A stretch of 64,000 nucleotides of DNA from Protoeuglena noctilucae. Lineage: Eukaryota. Positions 51,101 through 63,387 of this stretch are shown piece by piece. The first letter of the stretch is position 1, and each line of letters opens with the position of its first letter. The notes under the pieces were generated by a model that saw only the letters and a list, made by a program, of their open reading frames with translations, was not told the origin of the DNA and ran no database searches. The position numbers were made by a program, and so were the translations under genes. The stretch is from positions 682,001 to 746,000 of the forward strand of contig OY253683.1 of the NCBI GenBank assembly GCA_958009085.1, read 5' to 3'.

Positions 51101-54100
51101 CGTGGGGCAGCTGCCGAGCGTCTCTGCGCACCGCCGCTCCGCCCTGGTGGAGGCGCTGGTGGGGGCGGTGGGGGTGGAGGAGGGGCTGCCGGCCGTGGCG
51201 GGGGCGCTGATTGCCCGGGATGTGGGGGCGGGGGCAGAGGGGGACGAGGAGTGGGGGGTGGAGCTGGCGAGGGAGGCGATGGACGATGCGGACGGTGAGT
51301 GGGACGATGAGAGAGTGGGGTTGATGATGGTGATGGCGTGGTTGTGGATGTTGTGATGGTATCATGGTGTGGCAGTCGGTCTTTCTGTCGATATCCGTTG
51401 TCTTGTCTTGCAGCGACGGTGACATCATATCTGCTGTTGCGCGCCTTTCCTGCCAACAAGCACAACCATCCACGCACCTCAACGGCACCACTCCATCCCA
51501 ACCACTGCACGCGCCCCTGCACCACACCCATCACTCCCCTTGCCCACTCCACCTTCCCTCTTCCCCTTCCCCGCAGGCCCCGCGAGGATTCGGGCTCTCA
51601 CCCGCCTGCTGCAGACAACCTCAGAGTCCCACGAGGACCTCTCAGCGCCCGTGGTCCGGGTCACTGCGGCGTTCGCCGCGGATGCTCTGAGGGACATGGC
51701 CGGCCGTGGCGCGAGGGCCGCCGCGGCGTCAATCGTCGAGCGGGGCGCGGCTACCGCGGACGCTTCGTTGCAATCCGCGTATAGCGGACTGATCCGGCAG
51801 GTCCTATCGACGCTGCAGGCGGCGGGCGCGCAGGCCCACCGCTGCGCCAAGAAGCGCCAGCCCGTGCAGGCGCACCAGGCCCTGGCCGACGCCCTGCACG
51901 ACTGCCTCGAGTCGCTGCAATTATTGATGGACGCCGCGGCGTTCCTGCGGGCCGCAGCGGAGCTCGCGGCGTCGCGGGACGCCCAGATCTGCCGACGTGC
52001 GCTCCGGCTCTTCACGCGCCGCGTGGTCGCGCTCAGCGGGGCGGCGGAGGAGGAGCGTCGCGCAGCTGAAGCGGCGCTGCTGACGCGGGCGGAGCGGCGG
52101 GCCAAGGAGGAGGCCCTGTGCGAGGCGGCGCTGGGCGTGCTGGGCACGCTGCGCGAGGTCATGGCCGGCGGGGTCCGGCCGGGCCGCATGGTGGCGGGCG
52201 GCGGCGCGGATACCACAGCAGAAAGCGCGCCGGGGTCGCTGGCGGCGGTGGACTCCGGGTTCGGGGAGCGGAGCGCCAAGGACGCCGCGACCGTGCAGGC
52301 GGCACTGCTGGCCATGGACGCCATCGCAAAGAGATTCGGCGCCGAGCACGGCGCGCGGATGGGCGAGGTGGCGGCGGCAGCGGCGGCGTGCGCGCGCGAC
52401 GCGCGGCCGGGCGTGCGGGGCAGCGCCCTGGTGGCTTTGGCTGCCACCCTGCTGGCGGCACGGGGCAAGGTGGTGACCGTGGTGCCAACAGCGGCGGACG
52501 CTGCGATGGCTGCGGCGGAGGAGGCGATCGGGGCACTGAGTGGCGACGGCACGGGAGCGGATAAGGCGGCGGCAGGAACGGATAAGGGCGCCACTGTCGC
52601 TGCAACGGAAGGTTCTTACAGTCTCGCGCTCGCCAGTGCCCTGGCCGCCATGGGTGCCTTGGTGGACGCTCTCCCGCAGTTCGTCAGCCCTTACCTGGGC
52701 CGGCTGCTGGGCGTGGCGCTGCACCCGGCAGTGCTGGGGCGCAGTGCGGACGGGTGAGGGAGGGGTGCGGGGGTAGGCATGGGTGTGTGCGGTGGGGCGA
52801 GGGGGCATGTGCGCCGGTGGTGGGTCAGGGCACCCCCCTCACATGCCATCTCTTGCCCCTCTATACACCCGCACTAACCTCACATACCCCCTCCTCTCTG
52901 CACCTGCACCTGCACTTACCTCACATACCCCCTCCTGTCCACCCCTGCAGCTGCGCTGACCTCGCCTCCCGCATCCGCCATTCCGTCTGTGCCCTCGTGG
53001 CCCCTCGCCACGTGGTCCCTTCACTGGCAGGCGCATTCGACACGTGCCTCGCGAGGGGGGCGCAGGTGAGTCGTGATGATGAGCATAGAACAATACAGCC
53101 GCAGAACGCAGCATAGCGACCCACACCGCTACCTCCTCTCTCCACCCCACACTGGTACTCCCTTTCTCCTCCCGACACCCCTACCTCCTCTTCCCTCCCA
53201 ATACCCCTCCCCACACCCTTTCCCCCCCTCTCTGCCCCCCCAGCCCGCCTCCCTCGCCCTCCACATGCTGGCCGACGTTCTGGCAAACGCCGACTCTGAC
53301 ACCGTCGCCGGCCTCCTCGACCCCTCCTTCGCCCTCATCCTCCGCGGCCTGGACGTGCCAAGAGCACCGCCCCAGTCCATGATATCATCCCAATCGGGAA
53401 CATCCCAACCCCAATCCAATCGTGACCTGGGAGTGGGAATGGGATCGACATCCCAATCGGGGACAACCCCATCCCGTCCTCGTTCCCTCAAGAAGGTCCA
53501 CGGTCCCGCCGACAGCACGTTCATCGCTGACAGCACGATCGGCCTTGCCGTTTCTGGCACGGCTCTGGCGGTCGAGGCGGGGGCGGTGCGGGCGTTCGTG
53601 GAGCTGACAATGAAACTGCCGGAACGCAAGTTCAAGCCCATGTTCCTGCGGCTGACGGAGTGGGCGGGGGCACGCGTGGGGCCGGCGGAGGGCGGCGTGG
53701 GCGACGGTGGTGGCGGCAGCGAGTATGGTGCCGCTGCGGTGTCCCCCGCCCGGCAGGCAGCGATGTTCGCCGTCGCCGTCGCTCTCTCTGCCCGCCTGCG
53801 TGCCGTCTTCGTCCCCTACTACAGCTACCTGTGGGATTCGATCCTTTTCGCGCTGACGGGTGCCGACCGGGGGGTGGGTGGGGCCAAGGGCGGGGGCATG
53901 AAGAGCGCAAAGCGGAGGAAAGCCGAGCATCCTGTTGCCGGTTCCGATCACTTAACCACGGGTGCGGGTGGCAGTGCGGTGGATGGCGCGGGCGGTGGGG
54001 CGGGGGCGGACGGGTCGGGTGTCGACCATGTGTGGCGGCTCAGGTTCCGTGCATTGCGTGCGCTGCTGGGGTGTCTGCTGTCCGACTCTGTGGGCTTCGT

Positions 54101-55001
54101 GACGGCGGAGAGGGCGGGCGTGGTGGCGCCTGGGGTGGTGCTCCAGCTGGGGGAGGAGCTGCCCGAGCACTTGAGGGGGGAGCTGGCGGGTGAGGGGGTG
54201 GGGTGTGGGGGTGGGGGTGGGGGTTGTAATGGTTGATGGGGGGTGAGGGGTGGGGGTGTGGAGGTAGATGGGGTTAGGGGGGAGCTGGCGGGTGAGGGGG
54301 TGGGTGGGGTGTTAATGGTAGCTGGGAGTGGAGTGAATGCAGCATTATCAACGTCACCCACTTTATCATCCATTTACACCCACTCTACCGCTCGCTCTGT
54401 TTTATCACCCACCGTCACCCACTCCATCATCACCTCTTACCATCACCCCCACCCCCGCAGACGACGGCACCTCGGCCTTTATCCGCGAGTCCGCCCCCGA
54501 ATGCACGGCCCCCATCCCCGACGGATTCGCGGCCGCCGCCGTCGAGGCTGCTATGCAACTGGCGGTTTCGATGCCAGACGACGCGACCCGCAAGCCCCTT
54601 GTCCACAAGTGCCTCATGGCCACGAGGAGTGTTCTGAAGAGGCCGCGGGTGCTGGGGATCGAGTGCGTGGCGAGGATCGCCGACCGGTGAGGATGGGTGG
54701 GGTGGTTGGGGTGTGGGGGTGGGTGGGGGAGTGGGTGGGCGTGGGGGTGGGGGTGTGGGTGTGGGTGTGAGTGCGCTTTTATGCTTCTTACCACGATTGC
54801 ATCTACTGTATATAAATGCATATTCCGTTACATGCTCGCAGCCTGAGGGACGAGTTCCTGGTCTTCATCCCCGAGTGCGTGCCCTTCCTGTCGGAGCTTC
54901 TAGAGGACCCGGAGTTTGAGGTGGAAAGGCGGGCGCAGGAGGCGGTGAGGCAGCTGGAGGGGATCAGCGGAGAGAGCCTGGAGCCGTACCTGAAGACGTG
55001 A
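45185..55001 (+). CDS. UTP10: U3 snoRNP protein UTP10 / HEATR1 (HEAT repeat, BP28CT)
   Basis: MSTALAQQL...PSLVFTPQEAADLD, FLLALAPHFLHPAAFKVLEYLVR, FLPFHQTPEF, KLPERKFKPMFLRLTEWA and C-terminal IPECVPFLSELLEDPEFEVE...GESLEPYL. Confidence 0.95.
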
Positions 55002-55533
55002 GGTTGGGGGAGATAGGGGGATGATGGAGAGGACATGGGGGGTGGTGGTGGTGAGGGTGGTGGTGATGGGGTCGGGGATGAGGGGAGAGCCTGGAGCCGT
55101 ACCTGAGGACGTGAGGGGGGTGGGAAGTGAGGGGTGGTGAAGAGGAGATGGGGTGGTGGTGGTGAGGGGTGGATGAGGGGTGGATGAGGGGTGATGGGGT
55201 GATGGGGAGAGCCTGGAGCCGTACGTAAAACGTGAGGGGGTGGGGGTGATGGGGGTGGTTGGTGATGGGGGGTGGTGATGGGGGGGGGTGGGCGATGAGG
55301 GTGGAGATGGAGATGGGGAAGTGACTGGTAGTCACTTCGGTTACCCACTTTGGCTGCCTGTTTGTTGCTTTGAAAAAGGAGATGAAAGCTTGAAACCATG
55401 CGACGGAACAGCGCTCGTTGCCCCATCCGCCGCCTGAACTTTTCAACAATTGATCGATTATTCCATCGATTAAGGTATGTTCGCATGCACCATGAACGCA
55501 GTTCCGAACCCACACTCAACAAACCCTCAGCTC

Positions 55534-56664
55534 TCAGCTCTGCTGCCCCCCGCCCCTCTCCCCGCCCTCTTTGGGCTTCTTGCCCAGCAGCTGGGCGACG
55601 ACGGGGGTCAGCGCGACCGTGGGAGGGAAGCGGATGGGGGAAGCGGCCTTGTGGGCGGCATAGGCCAGGGCTGCCGTGCCCACCTGCACGACACAGCATC
55701 AAAACACAACATAGGGCCAGGGTTGGGGCTAGAGTTACACATTGCATCGGTCGAAGCATGGCGCAGGTGAACATGCCCCTAGTAGACGCCAACGCGAGTT
55801 CCGAAGATGACCGCACTCCACCAATGCCACCACTGCACGTTGCTTCCCCGACCCATTGCTACCCCGATCCAAGCCCAACGCTCGCCTTCTCGCTCGTGGC
55901 CGACACCTCGATCCCGAACTTGGCCAGGAGCGCCGCCACGTCGACGCCGCTGTCGATCAGCGCGTAGAAGGTGCCGAACGAAATGAGGGACAGCGTGATG
56001 GACGTCGCCAAGTAGGCCGAGCCGTAGCGCGCGAGGAGGTCCTTGGCCGTCGAGACCTGCGATAGAGTTGCAAAAAGCGAATGCGCTCGTCGGCACCGGT
56101 AGGCACGGCTCCGCGCGGTGCAGCGAAGCGTGAGAAGCGCAGAGATGCCGCGCGTGCAGTGCCGCCGGTTGCGCTTGCAATCACAGCGGCGGAAAGCAGC
56201 ACCGGTACATTGGAAGAAAGCATAGTGTCACAGCTGCGGGCGACAGCTGCTCGGCATCGCCCGCGCTCGCCTTGTCCTCCGTGGATACATCCTTGCGAGA
56301 CACCGTCTTCAGCAGGCCCGCCTCCAGGCCAAACTTCCGCGTCACGTCCTCCGCGGACTGAGAGGAAGACGATTGGCGGGCGGTGATGCCACTCGCACAC
56401 TGCGCACGCACCCGGCTCGACGTCACCACGCTTGGGACGCTTCCGCCACGTGTGCAGGCGCCTCACCTCGGTCGCGGCAATCTCCTCGCGTTCCTTGGTC
56501 CGCCCATGAGCGCGCACGACCCTCGCGGGCGCCCGACAGCGCGCGGCCGCCCCGCCGGAACTGCGGGCACGGAGACGTCTGGAGGCCTCGCGCCCAGTGA
56601 GCCACGCGGGGGGTCCTGGATCGACAGCCCCTCGCAATACTTCCTTTGAGACGCAGCAAGCCAC
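55534..56664 (-). CDS. DUF1279 (FAM210-like) membrane protein, probably organelle-targeted
   Basis: EDVTRKFGLEAGL, AKDLLARYGSAYLATSITLSLISF...GVDVAALL and LAYAAHKAASPIRFPPTVALTPVVA. The start is approximate. Confidence 0.85.
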
Positions 56665-57393
56665 AGCCTCAAGCTCAGCCGGGGCGCGCGGACGTTGAGG
56701 CGCACAGGCGTCCAGACGCTGCCTTGCCAGGCGTCGCCTCCCGCGGCGTCGAGGGCACCGTCAATGGCGCGACACGGCTCCACGGGTTGCAACAGGAGCA
56801 GTCAAAGGGAGCGGTTGGGGTCGAGACGACAATATACGCGCGCATGGAGGAAAGCGGCCTCGCCAAAGCCCGGCCACGGAGGTGGTCGTCGCGCCGGCAG
56901 GACGACTTAGCGCCGCAGGCGTGTGGACCAGACGATGAGGATGCGCAGTAGTATGGCAAGCGACGAATCATATACGCGGGACGTGCACTGTGCTCGCCGG
57001 GCCGCCCATCCTCCAATCCGCGAGACATCGACTCACCCCCGCAGGACTCCGGCGCGCGTCCCCACACAAACGGCCTCAACCACCATTTGCACGCAAAGCG
57101 TCCTCTCCTGTCCACCGCAACGCTCTCAGGGACCTTCCGCAAGGCAGGACGCTCAGCACCGAGCTTGGAAGTCCTTCCCAAAAGCGCTGCGGTCTTCGAA
57201 AAGAGCCTTCGTCACAGCGATCGTTGCTTCAAAGTGATTCTGAAGAACAAGCTGGGGAACCTAGGACCGCGGTGCTACGCGTGTGACCGGCAGCGCTCGT
57301 GCCAGTGCATGGGACACCCGCGCCGCGGCGGCGGGGCTGCTCGAGTGAATAAGAGGAGGAACAGGATGATGCATGTGGTGCGCGCTTCTCACG

Positions 57394-59478
57394 TCACGCG
57401 TACTTGGCCAGTGGCGGTGCAGCTGCCTGCCACGACACGGCGCGAATCAGAACCGAGACCGCGATCCCGATTGCCAATACGGCCAGGTGCGGCAACCCCA
57501 ACTGCGGTCAGGAAGCGCGCAGCAAACACCATAAAGCAACGCGCACGCGGGCAGGGCTCTCGCAACGCACAGCCAGGCGACCGCAGCAGGGTGGCTCACC
57601 GGCGGCATGGGCCTCCAGACCACGTGCACCACGATGCGCGCGACCGAGTAGACTCCCCACATCATCGCCGCGAAGAGGGCGATGCTCGCCGTGCATATCG
57701 CCGCCTGCTGCACCCGCATCTGCAAAGGGTGGGGGGTATCTGCAATGGTCGCGCCATCTGGTGGCGCACCTGACGTTGGCATGCTGTCTGCCCCTACACA
57801 TCCTGACGCAAGCGCAGTTCTGCCGGGGGCTACTTGTCGCTGCCGAGACGCATAGCCCACAGCAATGCATGCACAGTCGGCCTGCATGCTCACCGCGAAG
57901 GAGTAGTGAAGGAACGTCGCTGACGCGTCCTTGCTCTCCTCCTGGCAGTCCTTGTCCTCCGCGGAGTAAACCCGCTTCCACTGCGGGACGCAGGGCACAG
58001 CAGCGTCATGGCAGCAGTGACCTAGTGGCGCCCTTCCTGCCATGCCTACCTCGCAACCAATCCTCTGTCATCAAGCAAACTTCCCGGACACACGTCACAC
58101 CGGCCCCCTCACGCACCTCCGCGAGCCACATCTCATTGACGCGCGACACAAACTCGTCCGCTGTTGGGAAGTCCTTGGGATCGAGCGTCTCGGAGTATCC
58201 GCACCGCAGGCGGTGGCCAAACTCGGCAGCCATGTGCTTCTCGTCCCCCAGCACTGCAAGCGAGCCGAAAAAGAACTCGCTCAGGGCGCAGCAGGTGCAC
58301 AGCAGGACGCACTGCACGCCACCCTCTCCCAGACCTGCACGCGAGATCCGACAGCACGGGACAGCTAGTTGCAATCAAAGTTGCTGCATCCGCATCATCG
58401 CTCGCCTTTCTCCTTCCCCGCCGTGATCACGGCCTGCACGGGGACTTGCCGCGTGTACGCCCACATGAGCATCCCGCGCTTGAGGGGCAGCGAGTCGTCC
58501 TTGCGCGAACGCGTGCCCTCCGGATACACGAGAAGCTTCTCGGAAGGCGCCCCCGCGAGGCCCGCGTCGATCCATCGGTTGAAGGCCTCCTTGTCTTTCA
58601 CGGCTGCGACGACGGCGCGGACAGCCGCTGCGATGCCCGCCGGGGTCCGGAGGCAGCCGCGGCACTTGGAGAACACGGTAACGCGCGAGCCTGACGCCGG
58701 CGCATCCGCTCACCGGTGCGCTTGAAGAGGAGGATGCCGCGGATGGCGAGTGCCGACGTGATGAACACCGGGAACGTGGCGTACACGGCCCGCCGGGACA
58801 AGAACTGCGCGTCGCCCTCCGTGAGGAACATGTCGACGAAGAAGTCGCCCCAGCAGCGGTGGTTGCAGAGGTACATCATCTGCGTTGGGTCGGGGCGGGG
58901 GGAAGGGGCACGCTGCGGCGATGGCGAGGCCGGAACGGCAGCAGAGAGGGCCGCAAGGAAGACATAGCGTCGCACTATCAGAGGCGGGGCGCGGATGTCC
59001 AGCAACGGCACCTGGCGGCGCGACTTGTCGAGCCCCCGCGGCCCCACTCGTGCTACGGTCGTGCCCGTCACGGCCATCATGAAAGACGACCACTCGAACA
59101 TGTCCCGCCTCTTGTTCAAAAAGTCCAGCCACTTGATCCTGCAAAGGCCCGTCTGGCTCGCTGGGTTCGGCGGGCGAGACGATGGCGAGCCGCACCGATT
59201 CACGCAGCCCAGCGGCGGGTCCAGAGGTGTCCTCTCGGCGAATTGACGGCATCCAGCTCTCTTTCCGACCATAATCGGTGCATCATGCTGTCTCAAAGTG
59301 CACGGCGGTGGTCGCGCGACGCCCACGGGGCACGAGAGCTGGTTGGGGCCCCTTGCGGCATCGGCAAGTCGGCCGCCGGACCCATGCGACACTTCCCTCA
59401 CCTATAGAAGAGCGAGATGAACGGCAGCGACCAATACATCACGAAGATGACGTACCAGAAGCGGAGGAACTTGAGCAT
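57394..59478 (-). CDS. LPAAT2: Lysophosphatidic acid acyltransferase, chlorophyte ER-type (PlsC domain)
   Basis: YWSLP, YLCNHRCWGDFFVD (NHxxxxD motif), LFKR...DKEAFNRW and LLVYPEGTRS...LPLKRGML, as recalled for Chlamydomonas LPAAT2; C-terminal TM helices. Confidence 0.9.
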
Positions 59479-59853
59479 CGGGCTCCGTGGAATGAAGATT
59501 TCGCGGGGACGCGAAAGGCTTCCACGAGGCCCGCTCAGCCGGCAAGCGGGCGCCCTCGTGCGCCGAGCAGCCGGATGATGTTTAGGGATCCGTTTGCCCT
59601 GACAGCTCCCCGCCGCCGGAAAGGCAGCGTCAACAGGCTGTAAACGACGTGCACATCATTGTTCTCATCGCGCAACTGGGTGGGCGACTGCTGGTTTCGC
59701 GCATGGCTCGCTGTTGCTCCTGGAGACGCAGACTCGTTGCGACACCCAAATTTGCGAGCTGGAAGCGCACTGCTGCGCGCGGAGGAGTTCAAGCTACCAT
59801 CTCGGTGACTGTATTGATCGGGCTGACAGGCCGCACGGCGTGACATTGCCCCG

Positions 59854-62760
59854 ATGCGGCACGTCGTGGTCGGGGGCGGCATCGCCGGCTTCTGCTGTGC
59901 CGAGGAGCTCTGCCGGCTCTGCCCAAACGACCAGGGTGCGTATATTGCTGCCGACGAAACCCCGGAAGCGCTTCTAAATTCCCGATCCACCCCATCTCGC
60001 CGCATCCGACCCTTTCCCACTGCAGTCCCACTGCAGCATCCTCCGAGCAGCTCCCATCTCCCTTGCCCGCAGTCACGCTCGTGTCCCCTACCCGCGTCCT
60101 GAAGGGAATCGCGAACGTGGTGCGCCTGACTCAGAACCTCGAATCTTTTGACGTGGTGGAGAGAGAGCTGGATGACCCAAACCTCACGACCGTGTTGGGG
60201 GAAGCGCGGGCACTGGACACCCAGTCGCGGACGCTGCTGCTGGCATCGGGAGAGGAGCTGGGATACGACCGGTGAGAGGCTGGGTGCACGGGGGTGGGTG
60301 CGAGGGGGAGTGGTGCCCTTGCACTCATTCCCAAGCCAACTGCCACCTGCAATGCCACCCTCATTGCCACCCCCCACTCCCACCCTCAACACCACCCCCA
60401 TTGCCACCCCCACTGCCACCCTTAACACCACCCTCACTGCCACCCCCACTGCCACCCCCATGGCCACCCCCACTGCCACCCCCACACTCCCCCCCAGTCT
60501 CTGCATCGCCACGGGTACCCGCCCCCGCCTGGTGTCTGACCACCCCTGTTTACTGGCACTGAGGGACACCGACAGCGTCGAGGATCTCAAAGCGAGGCTA
60601 AAGGGGGCAAGGCGCGTGGTGAGGACACCGCATGAGAATAGAGCATGTGATGTACTGACCTGCAAGTGTCGATCAGCATGCATACTAATAGCATGCAGTG
60701 CAGCATAGTGCATCATTCGATGCAATATATGCAGTTACTACACATTCCTCCTTTCTCCTAATCCCAGGCGATCGTGGGCAACGGCGGCATTGCTTTGGAG
60801 CTGGCGGCAATGCTGACGGGCGTAGAGGTGGTGTGGTCGATGCGTCATGACCACATCGGTGACGCTTTCTTTGACAAAGACGCTGCGGAGTTTTTGCTTT
60901 CTGCCCTGGCAAGGCAGGGAGATGGGGGGTCGACAGATGGGGGTGCAGGGGGTGGTACGGGGGCGGGGACGGTGGGGGAAGGGAGTGGGGGAGGTGGGGA
61001 TGGGGATGGAGGGGCAACGGAGGGGCAGGGAGTGGGGGTAGGGAGCGAGGGTGACGGGGCTGGGGTGGAGGCGGGGGCAGAGGGGGCAGCGGGGGTAGGG
61101 CGTGCGAGGGGTGGCGGGGCGATGGGGCATGCGGTGGGGCCTCGGTGGGCAGAGGCGCTGGCGGGTATTCGGGCCATGCGGCAAGGACTGGGGGTGAGTG
61201 TGCGACAGTGGAGATGGGTTGTGATGGGCAGGGGTGGGTGGTGCAGAGGGGTGGTAGGGTGAGATGGGCAGCAGTGGGCATTGTCTCTCCCTCACAACAC
61301 CCCGCCCTGCCTTTCACCATCTGCAGGATGACTCAGCGCCCGCAAATGGGGCCGACGCCACCCACACCGGTGCCACTGACACCGCCCCCGACACTGACAC
61401 GGGCATTCCGGCACAGTCCCCCCTTGCCAGAGCGCCCCGGGCCCCGTCCGGCGCCGTGCTCGGTCGCCCCGGGCTGGTTTTGGAGCCCCAAACGGAGCTG
61501 GCGGGGATCGAACCCGACCCTCTTGGGTCGTACCCCGCCGTGGCGCGGTTGACCAACGGGCGTGCCTACCCGGTAGATGTGGTCATTTGCGCTGTGGGGG
61601 TAATGCCGAACACGGAGTGGCTCGCGGGGGCGGTGGAGCTGTGCGAGGAGGGCGGGGTGCTGGTGGATGAAGACATGCAGAGTTCGGTGGAGGGGGTGTA
61701 TGCGGCGGGTGACGCATGCATGGTGCGGGAGGGTGCCAGGGGCGCGCAGTGGTTCCCGATGCGGCTGTGGACGCAAGCGCGGGCGATGGGGATGTGCGCG
61801 GGGCGGTGCATGGCGGGAAGGGGGGCGGACTTGGCGGTGGGGATGCGTCTGGAAGTGTTTGCGCACGTGACAAGGTGAGGAGGGGGGTGATGGGTGGCAG
61901 GCGTGTGGTGACTGACGGACAATCATGCGCCTTTTGCGCAACTGTTCTACATCTATCTGTTCTGCTTAGCACCAAAACATCAAGCACCCACCTCACCAGT
62001 CACCAACCATTATCCCCATCTATCCCCACCCCAGGTTCTGCGGATTAAAAGTGGTTTTGCTGGGCCTGTACAACGGTCAGCGACTGGAGGGTGTGCCTGC
62101 GAGTGACGTGGCCTTGTATGCAAGGGAGGGGGAGGACGAGGGGGGGAGGGCCACCTTTGTGAGGGTGCTGCTGGTGCGGTGAGTGGATAGGAGTGGTGGG
62201 GGTGGAGTGAGAGGGGCTAGTGATGGGATGGGTGTGTGTTGATGAGGGTGTTGTTGGTGCGGTGAGAGCAGTGCTGGTGGTGGAGTGGAGTGTGGGGGTG
62301 GTGATGGGATGGGTCGATGTGTGTGCGGGTGCTGTTGCTGCCGTGAGGGGCAGTGATGGTGGAGTGGAGTGTGGGGGTGGTGTGGGGCTGATAAGATGGG
62401 TTTCTGTATGTGTGAGGGTGCTGTTGTTGCAATAAAGTGTCAAACGCCCACCTTTCCCCCCGCGCAGTGGCCGCATGCAGGGGGCGGTGCTGATTGGGGA
62501 GACGGGGCTGGAGGAGACCTTCGAGAACCTCATACTGGTGAGGGGATGTGGTCATTTAGATTATGTGAAGTTTTCGATGTTGGTGAGGGGATACGGTGCC
62601 TTGTCAGAAGTGATGAAAGACGTCCACGCTCGCTCGATGCTGTGGGGGTTCACCAATCGCTGCGATTACTCGATTATCATCCCAGGACCAGTTGGATCTG
62701 ACCGACTACGGCCCGCAGCTGTTGGACCCGGAGTTCGACGTCGACCACCACTTCGACTGA
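59854..62760 (+). CDS. PYROXD1: Pyridine nucleotide-disulfide oxidoreductase domain-containing protein 1
   Basis: VVVGGGIAG..CAE, LRDTDSV, VGNGGIALEL, IGDAFFD, VYAAGDAC, WFPMRLWTQA, FAHVTRF, KVVLLGLYNGQ, GETGLEETFENLIL and LLDPEFDVDHHFD*. Confidence 0.96.
60340..60490. repeat. Degenerate 12-bp minisatellite (GCCACCCCCACT)n in a PYROXD1 intron
   Basis: Read directly; a similar array is at 14488-14567. Confidence 0.8.
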
Positions 62761-62791
62761 ATATGACTGACATATGTATGACATGTGATTG

Positions 62792-62882
62792 TGAGCCATG
62801 GTCGATGGTACGGTCGTCACCGACGACTGACTGTGAGTGATGTATGGTATATGACATCTGACTATGAGCCATGGTCGATGGT
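62792..62882. repeat. Direct duplication with a 73-bp period in the PYROXD1 3' region
   Basis: TGAGCCATGGTCGATGGT occurs at 62792 and 62865 with similar upstream flanks. Confidence 0.8.
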
Positions 62883-62898
62883 CACCACTCGCTTTGAT

Positions 62899-62903
62899 TG
62901 TAA
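62899..62903 (+). promoter_or_regulatory. Candidate TGTAA polyadenylation signal for PYROXD1
   Basis: TGTAA is the established chlorophyte poly(A) signal. Sense-strand copies also lie downstream of NDUFS5 (31983-31987, minus) and the Thr-rich gene (38866-38870, minus). Confidence 0.45.
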
Positions 62904-63387
62904 GGCGATGCTCCCACATGCCATCTCTTCACATCCATGCAGCTGCCCAAGGCTGCTAGCCTCATCAATCAGCACACTCCCACTCACATTTGCAATCATC
63001 TACCCCAAAGCGCGGTGCGTGCGACACTCAAGTAGAGTAGAAAATGAAAGCAACCGATTTACAAAGAACAGCACATACAGCAAAGCACGTTCTGTAACCT
63101 ACTTCCCAGTCTATGCCAATCCCCGCCAATCCATAGCCCCCCAACACCACCCACCCCACCCCACGCACCCAACCACCCCACTTCACCCCTCCCCCTCGCT
63201 CTCTGCACTGTATAAGCTCCCCATATCCCCACCCATATCCCCACCCTCCTCCACGCTCGCATATATCCCCGAGTCATCCCATGGACTCCCAACATCCCCA
63301 CCACCACCACCACCACCACCACCATGCAAGAGTAACCCCCCCAACCCCCGGCTATGAGGCGACAGTGGCAGCCCACCCCCACCCTTC

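Noticed and set aside
53385..53475. CATCCCAA repeats in UTP10 as a mobile element
   Set aside because: This is a short in-frame low-complexity insertion without terminal repeats or a target-site duplication.
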